The notes under the pieces were generated by a model. It was not told the origin of the DNA. It made no database searches and was given only the letters and a program-made list of their open reading frames with translations. The position numbers and the translations under genes are program-made. DNA of 64,000 nt, taken from Verrucomicrobiales bacterium. GTDB taxonomy: Bacteria; Verrucomicrobiota; Verrucomicrobiia; Verrucomicrobiales; V1-33. Positions 9,031 to 18,579 of the stretch are shown one piece after another; the first letter of the stretch is position 1, and each line of letters starts with the position of its first letter. The stretch is taken from assembly GCA_031411295.1 (NCBI GenBank), contig JANOAV010000192.1, forward strand, positions 1 through 64,000, read 5' to 3'.

Positions 9031-11088
9031 CTACAGTTCATTCGCCAGCCAGTCGGCCAGATAGCTGCTCCAAGGCACGTCGGGCAGGGTGTGGATCTCC
9101 CGGCTTTTGGAAAAGTCAGTCAGGAATAACCGTTTGGCGAGCGCCTCAACTGGTTTCGTTCCGCTGTAGCCGATGTTGAATTCATAGTTGGCCTGCAGAC
9201 TGAAGCGATCAAAGTTTGCCGATCCCACGCACGCCCAGCCATCGTAGAGCGCGGCCTTGACGTGGGTAAATCCCGGGTAGGCATAGACCCGGATCCCGTT
9301 CTGCAGCAGATCACTAATAGTCACCAGATGGCTGGCACCAACGATCGGTGAGTCGTTTTTCTCCGGCAAAATGACCCGCACATCCACCCCCCGACGTCGC
9401 GCTGCCAGTAGTTCCCGGATCAAGCGGTGGTCTGTTAGGTAAGCGTGTTCAATCCAGATTCGCTGCTGCGCATGGCGGATGGCCTGGAGTTGAGATTGCT
9501 CGATTTCGTGATTCAGAACGCGGGTGTAGAGCGGTCGCACCGGAATCGCTCCGGCGGGCAGCGGTCGCTGGCGCGTGAGGTCGGGAGGAGGGAACAGTTT
9601 CGTCTTCAACCAGGCCAGATCTCCCCCGGGCCCGGCGTGGGCCCAGAAGCGGGCGAAGTCGGCCTCCATCTGGGCCACGAACGGGCCCTGAAGCTCGATC
9701 ATCAGGTCGTGCCAATCATAGCGGTATTCCCGGCCAAAATTCATTCCGCCCAACCAAGCCTGCTGTCCATCGATGATAAAGGTCTTGGTGTGGGAGGCCG
9801 CCAGCCAGGGATTGGCGATGGGCCTAACGTGGATTCTGGACCCTTGCTCCAGATAGTTTTCCATGTGTTCAGGCCCCGTAAAATTTCCCGGCATGGGCGA
9901 GAGGGGATCGCTCTGGGTGGCCAGAATGGAAGCCATCTCATCCATCATGACGCGGACCTGCACGCCTCGATTGGACTTGGCGCGGAGGAGATCAGCCAGT
10001 TTCACCGCATAGTCATCGTTATCGAAAATAAAGAGCCGGGTGTCGATCTGACTTTGGGCTGCTTGCACGGCCTGGATGTAGCGTGGGAAGAACTCCTCAC
10101 CATCGATCAGCAGTTCCACCGAAGCCAGTCGTGGTGGGGTGCCCGTGATTTTATCCAAATAGTGTTCCCATTCGATCAAGTCCATGGGGGCATGATTTGC
10201 GACTGGTGGCACCGTGGTGGGCGCAGCGCGGGGACGCCATTCAATGAGTTTGGAAGTAATAGAGAGCGCAATGCTGCCGCCCCGGGCCACAAAGGAAAAT
10301 GGATTATTCAGCATTGAAAGAAAACTCCCACTCCAGAAGGCCGCCTTGGCCACGCGCAAGGTTAGGGTCGGCTGAATTTTCTCCAATCCCAGCAGGGAAT
10401 ATTCATACGGTTCCGCCACGGGTGCATGAAGAAATACTAGTCGTCCGTCGGTGAAATTCAAGTAAACCAAGGGAGGGGATTGCCCAGTTAGGATCAGGAG
10501 CCCGCCCTGCTCCGTGGCGGAGATTTCCTGATGCGCCAGCGCGATCAACCGGCGGGATAGATCCAATTCCCGATAAGTATGAGCAATCCGCAAGCGCGCA
10601 GGCTTAGCTTCCAAAGGCACCAACTTCGCACCGCCGCCGGGTTCGCGATAGGCCACGACTTCGGCGTTCTCCAAGAACAGTAACGACCCTGCATTCGCGG
10701 CCATGGGGGCCAACTCATGAGTTAGGCGCGTGATCATCCGTCGCCAAACCTCGGAACCTAACACTGGCAAATTCGTCCCCTGCTGCCAAGTGGCTTTGAA
10801 CTGCGCATGGTCCAGATAGGCCAGCATCAACCGACCTGCCTGGGAGTCGCCTGGAGCCACCTGGGCACAACTAGCCAGCGCGGAGACATCCCGGCCTGGG
10901 ATGCTGAATTTCACCGCTAGATGTTCCTGCCACTCCCGCACCTTTACCTGCCTTGGCTGGCAGGTCGCCACCTGGTCATGATGCAGCGTCTGGTGCAGGC
11001 TTAACTGACACGAAGTCAATGAAACGCTGCCAAGCAGCAACCAAAGCAACAACAAAGATGGGGGACGCATGAGGGACGAACTTGTCAC
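9031..11088 (-). CDS. Phospholipase D / cardiolipin synthase-like protein with long N-terminal extension, possible lipoprotein
   Basis: Two HKD motifs (HTKTFIID...GGMN and HVKAALYD...GSANFD); signal peptide with LTSC. Start may be ATG 11070. Confidence 0.88.
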   Translation of the reverse strand: MTSSSLMRPPSLLLLWLLLGSVSLTSCQLSLHQTLHHDQVATCQPRQVKVREWQEHLAVKFSIPGRDVSALASCAQVAPGDSQAGRLMLAYLDHAQFKATWQQGTNLPVLGSEVWRRMITRLTHELAPMAANAGSLLFLENAEVVAYREPGGGAKLVPLEAKPARLRIAHTYRELDLSRRLIALAHQEISATEQGGLLILTGQSPPLVYLNFTDGRLVFLHAPVAEPYEYSLLGLEKIQPTLTLRVAKAAFWSGSFLSMLNNPFSFVARGGSIALSITSKLIEWRPRAAPTTVPPVANHAPMDLIEWEHYLDKITGTPPRLASVELLIDGEEFFPRYIQAVQAAQSQIDTRLFIFDNDDYAVKLADLLRAKSNRGVQVRVMMDEMASILATQSDPLSPMPGNFTGPEHMENYLEQGSRIHVRPIANPWLAASHTKTFIIDGQQAWLGGMNFGREYRYDWHDLMIELQGPFVAQMEADFARFWAHAGPGGDLAWLKTKLFPPPDLTRQRPLPAGAIPVRPLYTRVLNHEIEQSQLQAIRHAQQRIWIEHAYLTDHRLIRELLAARRRGVDVRVILPEKNDSPIVGASHLVTISDLLQNGIRVYAYPGFTHVKAALYDGWACVGSANFDRFSLQANYEFNIGYSGTKPVEALAKRLFLTDFSKSREIHTLPDVPWSSYLADWLANEL

Positions 11089-11133
11089 ACGGCTTGCCGA
11101 GTTCGTAAATCGGGGATTTTGGTGTGGTCGAGA

Positions 11134-12564
11134 TTACGCCAACAAATCCTTGATGACCTGTCCGCCGAATTGGCTGAGCTGCTTAAAGCGTCCGGCGTGG
11201 TAGTAGGTGAGTTTGTTGTCGTCCAGGCCGAGCAGGCGCAGCAGGGTGACATGGAAATCGCGGACGTGCGCCTTGCCTTCTACGGCCACCATGCCGAGGT
11301 CGTCAGTGGCACCAATGGTGTGGCCGGCGTTGCACCCGCCGCCAGCAAGCCACATGGTCATAGCGTTGGGGTTGTGGTCACGACCGTAGGCGGTGCCGCC
11401 CCGCACGCCGTTGTCAGGGGTGCGTCCGAACTCGCCACACCAAACGATGAGCGTGCTGTCGAGCAGGCCGCGTTGTTTCAAATCCGTGATGAGGGCAGCG
11501 ATGGGTTGGTCAACGCCCCGCACGAGATTGCCGTGCGCACGTTCGATGTAATCATGACTATCCCACGAGCCGTTATAGAGTTGAACAAAGCGCACCCCTT
11601 TTTCCACCAACTTCCGCGCGAGCAGGCACTTGCGGCCAAAGGAATCGGTGGCGTCGTGGCCGATGCCGTAGAGTTCTTTCGTCTTCACGTCTTCCTTGGA
11701 AATATCGAGCGTCTCCGGCACCTGCATTTGCATGCGGAAGGCGAGTTCATAGTTGTCCATGCGGGCCGCCAGTTCGTCGTGACCGGGATGCTCTGCGGCG
11801 TGAGCGGTGTTGAGTTTGGCGATGAGGTCGAGGTTCTTGCGTTGCCGGATTTCGCTCACGCCGGGCGGTGGTGTGAGATCGAGAATGGGCGAACCTTTGG
11901 CGCGCAGCGGCGTGCCTTGGAAACTGGCGGGCAGGAAGCCATTGCTCCAATTTGCAGCGCCACCCTGGGGATAGCTGACCTCAGGCAGCACCACGAAGCC
12001 CGGCAGATCTTGATTCAGCGTGCCGAGTCCGTAGTTCACCCACGCGCCAAGGCCGGGATCGCCCCCGAATCGGTTGCCGCAGTTCATTTGATACATCGCA
12101 GTGGGATGATTCACGCTGTCCACCGTGCAGCCGCGGAAGAAGCAAATTTCATCGGCCACATTCGCAAGATGAGTCCAGTTCTCCGCCATGTCCGCTCCAC
12201 TCTGGCCATGTTTGGCAAACTTGAACGGGCTTTGCACGTAGTAGCGTTTGCCGCTTTCCATGGCGGACTTTTGTTGGCCCTGACGCACGAACTCCTTGAG
12301 ATGCATTTTCGCCAGCATGGGCTTCGGATCGAAGGTATCAATGTGAGACGGTCCGCCTTCCATCATCAGGAAAATAACGTTCTTCGCTTTCGCTGGAAGA
12401 TGACTCAACTTGGGCTCGAGCGGATTCTTTTTCGCTTCCTCTGCCAGTAAAGAACTGAACGCCACGCTGCCAAGGCTGGCGCCCAGGCTGTAGAGGAAAT
12501 CACGGCGGGTCGGTGAGTGCAACGCGCGGCCACCAGCGCAGGGAAAGAATGGAGGTGTTTTCAT
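11134..12564 (-). CDS. DUF1501 domain protein
   Basis: TRRDFL Tat-like motif, KAKNVIFLMMEGGPSHIDTFDPKP, CLLARKLVEKGVRFVQ, WDSH, GEFGRTP, GRDH. Confidence 0.93.
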   Translation of the reverse strand: MKTPPFFPCAGGRALHSPTRRDFLYSLGASLGSVAFSSLLAEEAKKNPLEPKLSHLPAKAKNVIFLMMEGGPSHIDTFDPKPMLAKMHLKEFVRQGQQKSAMESGKRYYVQSPFKFAKHGQSGADMAENWTHLANVADEICFFRGCTVDSVNHPTAMYQMNCGNRFGGDPGLGAWVNYGLGTLNQDLPGFVVLPEVSYPQGGAANWSNGFLPASFQGTPLRAKGSPILDLTPPPGVSEIRQRKNLDLIAKLNTAHAAEHPGHDELAARMDNYELAFRMQMQVPETLDISKEDVKTKELYGIGHDATDSFGRKCLLARKLVEKGVRFVQLYNGSWDSHDYIERAHGNLVRGVDQPIAALITDLKQRGLLDSTLIVWCGEFGRTPDNGVRGGTAYGRDHNPNAMTMWLAGGGCNAGHTIGATDDLGMVAVEGKAHVRDFHVTLLRLLGLDDNKLTYYHAGRFKQLSQFGGQVIKDLLA

Positions 12565-12572
12565 GGCTTCAG

Positions 12573-12601
12573 TTGACAAAAATAGGATTGTAATACATAG
12601 T
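12573..12601 (+). promoter_or_regulatory. Putative sigma70 promoter for TA module, possibly leaderless
   Basis: TTGACA (12573-12578), 17 nt, CATAGT (12596-12601); ATG 12609 follows 7 nt later with no Shine-Dalgarno. Confidence 0.5.
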
Positions 12602-12608
12602 TTTACGC

Positions 12609-12836
12609 ATGATCAAGACCATCTCAAAAATCGGCAATTCCCAAGGCCTCATCTTCGACTCCGCGCTGCTCCAGCTCGCGAGGTTAAAAGTAGGCGATGA
12701 CGTGAATGTGGAAGTCCATGCCGGCGGGACGATCACCATTGCGCCAATCGCGGTCCTACCGCCGCGTGAAGAAGTCACTGACCTCATCAAGGACACGATG
12801 AGGCGATATGCGAAGACCATGAAGCGCCTAGCATGA
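12609..12836 (+). CDS. AbrB/MazE/SpoVT-family antitoxin
   Basis: MIKTISKIGNSQGLIFD swapped-hairpin start; overlaps the toxin gene (ATGA). Confidence 0.9.
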   Translation: MIKTISKIGNSQGLIFDSALLQLARLKVGDDVNVEVHAGGTITIAPIAVLPPREEVTDLIKDTMRRYAKTMKRLA

Positions 12837-13231
12837 AGAGCGATGCCAACCATTGTCTGCATCTGACGCTTGAAATTGTGGTGGAGATCCACGCCGAAGC
12901 AATCGCTCAATTCGGCGGTTCCGATGGCCTGCGTGACCGTGCGCTGCTGGAGTCTGCGATTGCGGCCCCCCAGGCAAGCTTCGGAGGGGTTTCCCCATTT
13001 AGCGATACCGTTGACGTTGCTGCGGGCTATCTTTTTTACCTTTGCAGCAATCACCCGTTCATCGACGGCAACAAACGAGCGGCCCTTGGCGCATGCTTGA
13101 TTTTTCTCCAACTCAACGGTTACACCCCGGCACCGGATAGTGACGATTGGGAAACCCTCACGCTCGCAGTGGCTGCGGGGGCGCTGAGTCGGGACGAGGT
13201 CACAGCCAAGCTGCGCACTTTGCTGAGCTGA
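12833..13231 (+). CDS. Doc/Fic-family (death-on-curing) toxin
   Basis: FGGSDGLRD...LLESA...HPFIDGNKR Fic motif. Confidence 0.93.
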   Translation: MKSDANHCLHLTLEIVVEIHAEAIAQFGGSDGLRDRALLESAIAAPQASFGGVSPFSDTVDVAAGYLFYLCSNHPFIDGNKRAALGACLIFLQLNGYTPAPDSDDWETLTLAVAAGALSRDEVTAKLRTLLS

Positions 13232-13235
13232 GGTT

Positions 13236-16106
13236 TCAATAGACATAAGCAAATTCATTGGCGTTGAGCAGCGCGAGGCAGACATCCGCCAGCGCCCGAG
13301 TGTGGGCTGGGACAGCAGCGGGTTGCACATCGGCAACGAACTCTGCGTTGGCGTGCAGTTTCTCGTTGAAGGAAAATTTCTCGCCTGTGTTTTCTTCGAC
13401 CGCATCACGACGGACTTCGAGCGGCGGCTTTTGGGTGGGCGGGGTTTCGTTGCCAAGCAGCGTTTCCATTTCACGCCAGTGAGCCAGGCAGCTTTGCAGT
13501 TCGTCGGCCTTTGGAAGGCGCGAGAAGGCGAGCTGGAAAATACGTGCGAGCGCTTCGTCATCGCTCTTGGTTTCCTTCACGGCACGATTGGCTAGTGCCA
13601 GTGCTCGGGAGTGCGCGGTCTGGCCGTTGAACAGGCTGAAGACTTGTGGCGTAACGGTGCTGGCCTCCCGGCGTTCGCAGGAGAAATCAGGCGCGGGGGC
13701 GTTGAAGACTTCCTGCAAGGGATCGGGCAGGCCACGCACTTTGAGGGCATAGAGCGAGCGGCGGTGCCGTTGTTGCGGCAATGGATTCGGGATCCACGCG
13801 GCCGCAAAGGTGCCCATCACTTGACGCGGTTGCAGGGCGGCTTCGAGATTAATTTCCGGCCGATTCGGAATGCCCCCGAGCGTTGGATTCAACTCTCCCG
13901 TAGCGGTTAGCATGGCATCGCGCAGTTCCTCGGCCGTGAGTCGACGTGGTTTGAAAACAGCGTAGCTGGTGCCAGTCGGATCTTTCTCTGCCAGGGCCTG
14001 GCGGTCCGGATGCAGTGCGCTGCGTCGATAAGCCTCCGAGTTCATGATGCTGCGGTGCATCGCCTTAAAGCTCCAGCCCTGCTCCACGAACGTGGCCGCC
14101 AACCAGTCGAGCAGTTCGGGATGCGTGGGTTTCTTGCCGGTGCTGCCAAAGTTGTTGGGATTGCCAGCGATCGCTTGATCAAAATGCCAGAGCCAGATGC
14201 GATTCACGATGGCTCGCGTGGTGAGTGGATTTCCCGCATTTGCCACCCAGCCAGCGAAGGCTTCGCGACGACCTTCGATGGCATCGGGAATCGCTGGCGG
14301 TGCTGCACCTGCGATCACGCTCAGCACGCCGGGCTTCACCTTTGCTCCAGAACCAAACGGATCACCACCAGTCAGAATGCACGTCTGCTCCAGGTCCCCT
14401 TTCTCCATCCGATCCTGCGGCATGCGCAGAGGCGCAAACACAGAAGTCAGTTGCGGAGTGCGCCCGTTATAAACTGCCAAAGCAAAGGGCTCGTAACGTT
14501 CCAGTTCCCACTTCAAGCGTTCCAGACCTTTGCGGGCCACGCGCTCATTGCCGTAATCCTCTGGGCGAAAACCGTAAAGTTTCGGCGGGAACTGATCCTC
14601 GGCCACCCCCTGCTTTGTCATGGCATTGCGAGCGCTCTCGAACACTCCATTGAAGTCCCGACGCTTGCCACCGCGTTCCTGCTTGTTGGCCTGGGCAATG
14701 GCCTCATGCCACTTCGTGGGATCGATGCCCTTTTCCACAAACCACTGCTCCGCATTCTTCACCAACATTTCGTCGAGCCTTTGCAACGTCGCGAGATATT
14801 CCGCACGACGGGGTTCGAGATACTTCTTTTCTATAAAACCATCTGTGTTCTCCACTGGCAGAAAAGCGGCGGCTCTTTCGCTGAGCTGCGTGGTGGCAAA
14901 CACCGCCTGCACGCTATAATAGTCGTGGGTGGGAATGGGATCAAACTTGTGGTCGTGACAGCGGGCGCATTGCAACGAGTGCGCCAGAAAAGTCTCCCCA
15001 ACACCATTCGTGACATCGTCCAGAAACCGCTGCCGAGCCACCTTCGCGACTTCCATGCCCGTCAGTTCCCACGGGCCCATGCGCAGGAAGCCAGTGGCAA
15101 TCAGCATCTCGGGGTTCTGCGGTTCGATTTCGTCGCCTGCGATCTGCTCACGGACAAATTGATCATAGCGTTTGTCCGCATTGAACGACCGCACCACATA
15201 ATCCCGATACCGCCACGCATTGCCACGCTCATAATCATTCGCGAATCCACTGCTGTCTGCATAGCGCGTCACATCCAGCCAATGCTGCGCCATGCGTTCA
15301 CCGTAATGGGGCGACGCCAGCAAACGCTCGACGACACTGGCAAAGGCTGCTGCATCCGGGCGCGCATCTTTCACGAAGGCCTCCACCTCCTCCGGTTTCG
15401 GTGGCAAGCCAATGAGATCAAACGTCGCCCGCCGAATCAAAGTCACACGGTCCGCAGCGGGAGCTACCACCAGGCCAGCAGGCAGCTTCGCATTGAGGAA
15501 AGCATCAACGGGATTGCCAGTTGCGTTAGGAGGTATGGGCTTTTGCACGGGTTGATAGGCCCACAGCCCCTCAGCTTTGTATTTCCGATTCGACCACTCT
15601 GACGAAAGCCCGCCCACAGTCTTCATCGAGACCCCATCCTCCGCTGACCATGCGGCCTCGTTGGCCTTCGCTATCGCCTGCGCGCTGGCCTCATCCGGCC
15701 AGGGCGCACCTCCCATGATCCACTCGTTGATCCATCCCATTTGCTCCGCTGAAAGTTTATCCGCTTCCTTCGGCGGCATCGGCTCCCAATCCGCGTGCGT
15801 CCTTGTCACTGCCAGAAACAACGGACTTTCCTCGGGCTTCCCCGCCACGAATCCCGGCTTCTCGCTGTCGCCTCCTTTCAGCGTGGAAGCGAGTGTTCGC
15901 ATATCCAGCCCACCCTTGAGCTTCGCTTCATCTTTCCCGTGACAAGCCAGACACCGCTCATGAAACAATGGCGCAATCCGCCGCACGAAAAGTTGTTCGG
16001 CTTTGCTATCCGCTGCTGGCAACCCGCAAGTCGAAGCCAGCAGCAGGACAACAGAAGTCAGCCTACAGAACCCAGGAGGAAATTTGAATGGCGTTGGGCG
16101 AATCAT
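13236..16106 (-). CDS. PSD1 / planctomycete cytochrome c protein (DUF1549-DUF1553)
   Basis: CLACH, MPP, LIRRATFDLIGLPP, SPHYGER...WLDVTRYADS, CARCHDHKFDPI, HPELLDWLA, RRLTAEELRD. Start uncertain (16106-16223). Confidence 0.92.
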   Translation of the reverse strand: MIRPTPFKFPPGFCRLTSVVLLLASTCGLPAADSKAEQLFVRRIAPLFHERCLACHGKDEAKLKGGLDMRTLASTLKGGDSEKPGFVAGKPEESPLFLAVTRTHADWEPMPPKEADKLSAEQMGWINEWIMGGAPWPDEASAQAIAKANEAAWSAEDGVSMKTVGGLSSEWSNRKYKAEGLWAYQPVQKPIPPNATGNPVDAFLNAKLPAGLVVAPAADRVTLIRRATFDLIGLPPKPEEVEAFVKDARPDAAAFASVVERLLASPHYGERMAQHWLDVTRYADSSGFANDYERGNAWRYRDYVVRSFNADKRYDQFVREQIAGDEIEPQNPEMLIATGFLRMGPWELTGMEVAKVARQRFLDDVTNGVGETFLAHSLQCARCHDHKFDPIPTHDYYSVQAVFATTQLSERAAAFLPVENTDGFIEKKYLEPRRAEYLATLQRLDEMLVKNAEQWFVEKGIDPTKWHEAIAQANKQERGGKRRDFNGVFESARNAMTKQGVAEDQFPPKLYGFRPEDYGNERVARKGLERLKWELERYEPFALAVYNGRTPQLTSVFAPLRMPQDRMEKGDLEQTCILTGGDPFGSGAKVKPGVLSVIAGAAPPAIPDAIEGRREAFAGWVANAGNPLTTRAIVNRIWLWHFDQAIAGNPNNFGSTGKKPTHPELLDWLAATFVEQGWSFKAMHRSIMNSEAYRRSALHPDRQALAEKDPTGTSYAVFKPRRLTAEELRDAMLTATGELNPTLGGIPNRPEINLEAALQPRQVMGTFAAAWIPNPLPQQRHRRSLYALKVRGLPDPLQEVFNAPAPDFSCERREASTVTPQVFSLFNGQTAHSRALALANRAVKETKSDDEALARIFQLAFSRLPKADELQSCLAHWREMETLLGNETPPTQKPPLEVRRDAVEENTGEKFSFNEKLHANAEFVADVQPAAVPAHTRALADVCLALLNANEFAYVY

Positions 16107-16273
16107 GGTTGGGGAAAGGCGGGGCATGCGAGCTTTTGGCAGCGCTAGGCCGCATCCTTCTATACCCAAGGATGTGCATCTCTGCATCGTCCCGTGACTC
16201 ACGCAACTGCGCGAGAGAGTCACGCTGGGACAAGTCTGGGCGACACGCTGATTGCCATGCGCCTACGTCCGGG

Positions 16274-17155
16274 CTAACCCCAGTATTGGGTGAATTTCCG
16301 GCGGAGGAATTCTGCGCTGCGGCGGAGTTGGTCGATGCCGTCCACGCCGTCTTCGATGCTGATCCAACCGTCGAAGCCGACGCGCTTAAGTTCGGTGAAA
16401 ATGGCGTCGTAGTCGTTCATGCCCTGGCCGATTTCTCCATGGCGCAGGCGTTTGGCATAACCTTGGACCCCTTCTTCCTTGCGCAGGTCTTCGATGGTGC
16501 CTTCGGCCAAGTAGCGGTCGCTGGCATGCATGGTCACCACGCGATGGGAGACCCGGCGGAGGAGTTCGAGTGGGTCCTCTCCTGCGAGGATGGTGTTGCT
16601 AGGGTCGTAATTGACTCCGAAATTGGGATGATCGATTTCTCCGATGAGGTCGCAGAAAATATCCATCGGTTGGGCGAACTCAGGGAAACTCCAGAAGTCA
16701 TCCTTGTAATGGTTCTCTAATATCAGGGTGATCCCCAAGTCCTGCGCCAGCGGGAGGCAGGCTTTGATGGAGTCGGCGGCGTAACGAATGCCTTCGGCGC
16801 GCGAGATTTCCGGCCGGCTTTGCCCAGAGAGGACGCGGCAATAACTGCCACCCAGGACGGAGGTCATGCGAATCCAGTGTTGCTCTTTGGCAATTTCGTT
16901 GGCGCGGAAGGCGGGATCAGGATGGGTGAAGTCCGGGCTGCAGCACATCATGGGGATGGCCAGGCCATGAGAAGAGGCGGCATCTCGCAGCGGCAGCCAG
17001 TTGTCCTCGTCGGCCATTTCGGAGAAGCCGGCATACCACTCTACGCCGTCGAGCGGGAGGGTGGAGGCTAGGTCTAACCATTGACGAAGGGTCATGGTGC
17101 CATCTTTGCAGAGGGCGTGCATGTAGGCTTTGGGGACTGCGGCTAACTTTGGCAT
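16274..17155 (-). CDS. Sugar phosphate isomerase/epimerase (AP endonuclease 2-type TIM barrel)
   Basis: LILENHYKD, VNYDPSN, TMHASDR, GFDGWISIED. Confidence 0.9.
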   Translation of the reverse strand: MPKLAAVPKAYMHALCKDGTMTLRQWLDLASTLPLDGVEWYAGFSEMADEDNWLPLRDAASSHGLAIPMMCCSPDFTHPDPAFRANEIAKEQHWIRMTSVLGGSYCRVLSGQSRPEISRAEGIRYAADSIKACLPLAQDLGITLILENHYKDDFWSFPEFAQPMDIFCDLIGEIDHPNFGVNYDPSNTILAGEDPLELLRRVSHRVVTMHASDRYLAEGTIEDLRKEEGVQGYAKRLRHGEIGQGMNDYDAIFTELKRVGFDGWISIEDGVDGIDQLRRSAEFLRRKFTQYWG

Positions 17156-17373
17156 GGGTATTCATTAATTTGAAGGCTCCCATTCGCAACCGGGAACTAC
17201 AGTGGTAGGTCAACGCGGGAGGAGAAGAACTAAAAGCTGCGCCCACTATAAGGACTGTTCGTGTGAGTAGTATTGAATCTCTCAAAAATTTAGAAAATAA
17301 TGAATTTTCGGCTTGATTAATATTTATAAAAGCTATAAATTCCATCTCGTTAACCAAAAATACCGACCATCTT

Positions 17374-18108
17374 ATGAAAAAAATGATTTTAGTTACGAAC
17401 GACTCCCAAGCATGTGGGAAAACCTCCATTGCCTTAGTGATTGCTGAATACCTCCGGCGCAAGCAAGTGAGCTACTGTCTAGCCAACACTTCGGTAAATC
17501 AGGAACTGCCCTGCGATGCGGCGCTGTTGAATATGGAAGAGGGCTGCAGTCCTGCGGAACTGGTGGATCTATTCGACGCGAATGATGCGGTCATCATTGA
17601 TGTGCAAACCGAGGAAGGTCCGGCATTTAGCACTTGGTTCAAGAAGCACGCCATTGACGAAATTTTGATGGAACTGAATGCGGACCTGACGGTGGTGTTG
17701 CCGCTCTGTGATGATGCGATTGTGCATCGGGAAGCGCTGGTAATGGCGGAGGCGTTTACTGGGATGGGAGATTTTGTGGCGGTGCGTTCCCCGTTGCCGG
17801 CTGATGTTCCCGAAAGCTTTGCTGGCAGTTCGGTAGCCAAGGCTTTGCGCCTGCTGGGTGCCAGCATGGTGGAAGCACCAGCCTTGGAGGACGAGGTGTT
17901 GGATGAGATTGATGCAATGGATCTGACCTTGCCGCTGGCCCTGACGCAACGTCCGCTCTTGCCGCGGATGATCACCCATCCGTTGCTGGCATGGGAAGTG
18001 GAATTTGCGGATCGGCTTGCAGTGGTGAAGGATCTGCTCGTGCCGGAACATGACAAGGTGGATGACCTGGGGGTGGCCTCGGCGTATGGTCACATGCTGA
18101 CGGCTTGA
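17374..18108 (+). CDS. Hypothetical protein with P-loop-like N-terminus (ParA/MinD-like fold?)
   Basis: ILVTNDSQACGKTS degenerate Walker A; VIIDV Walker-B-like. Confidence 0.65.
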   Translation: MKKMILVTNDSQACGKTSIALVIAEYLRRKQVSYCLANTSVNQELPCDAALLNMEEGCSPAELVDLFDANDAVIIDVQTEEGPAFSTWFKKHAIDEILMELNADLTVVLPLCDDAIVHREALVMAEAFTGMGDFVAVRSPLPADVPESFAGSSVAKALRLLGASMVEAPALEDEVLDEIDAMDLTLPLALTQRPLLPRMITHPLLAWEVEFADRLAVVKDLLVPEHDKVDDLGVASAYGHMLTA

Positions 18109-18184
18109 CCGCTTGGAGGGGTGGCCCACAAACGCAGAATATTTTCCATTGCAGGTGGCACCGCCGCAGGTATGAACGGGGACT

Positions 18185-18499
18185 ATGAAATTCCCCACTG
18201 TTACTGCCATTGCGAAAGCGAATGTTTACTTCGACGGAAAAGTTGTCTCGCACACCATCCTGCTGGAAGGAGGGCATCGCAAGACGTTGGGCCTGATCTA
18301 TCCCGGCACCTATCACTTTGGGACTGATGCGGCTGAACGCATGGAAATTACCGACGGCGTCTGCACGGTGGTGTTGGACGGCACGACGGAGGAGAAATCC
18401 TATCACATCGACGGCGTGTTTGATGTGCCAACGCAGTCTGGCTTTACCATCACGGTCAAGGAAGGCATCTGTCAGTATGTCTGCTCGTTCCTGATCTAG
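18185..18499 (+). CDS. ppnP: Pyrimidine/purine nucleoside phosphorylase
   Basis: ANVYFDGKVVS, KTLGLIYPGTYHFGTDAAERMEI, YVCSF (YaiE/DUF1255 family). Confidence 0.9.
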   Translation: MKFPTVTAIAKANVYFDGKVVSHTILLEGGHRKTLGLIYPGTYHFGTDAAERMEITDGVCTVVLDGTTEEKSYHIDGVFDVPTQSGFTITVKEGICQYVCSFLI

Positions 18500-18579
18500 C
18501 AGTTCACCTTCCTCAGCGGAGGGCCAGCAGACGGGATTTGCTTCACGATGAATTAAGGAGCTGCGACTACCTTCGGACG

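Noticed and set aside
11119..12450. 443-aa plus-strand ORF
   Set aside because: Shadow of the DUF1501 gene.
14010..15602. 530-aa plus-strand ORF
   Set aside because: Shadow of the DUF1549/DUF1553 gene.
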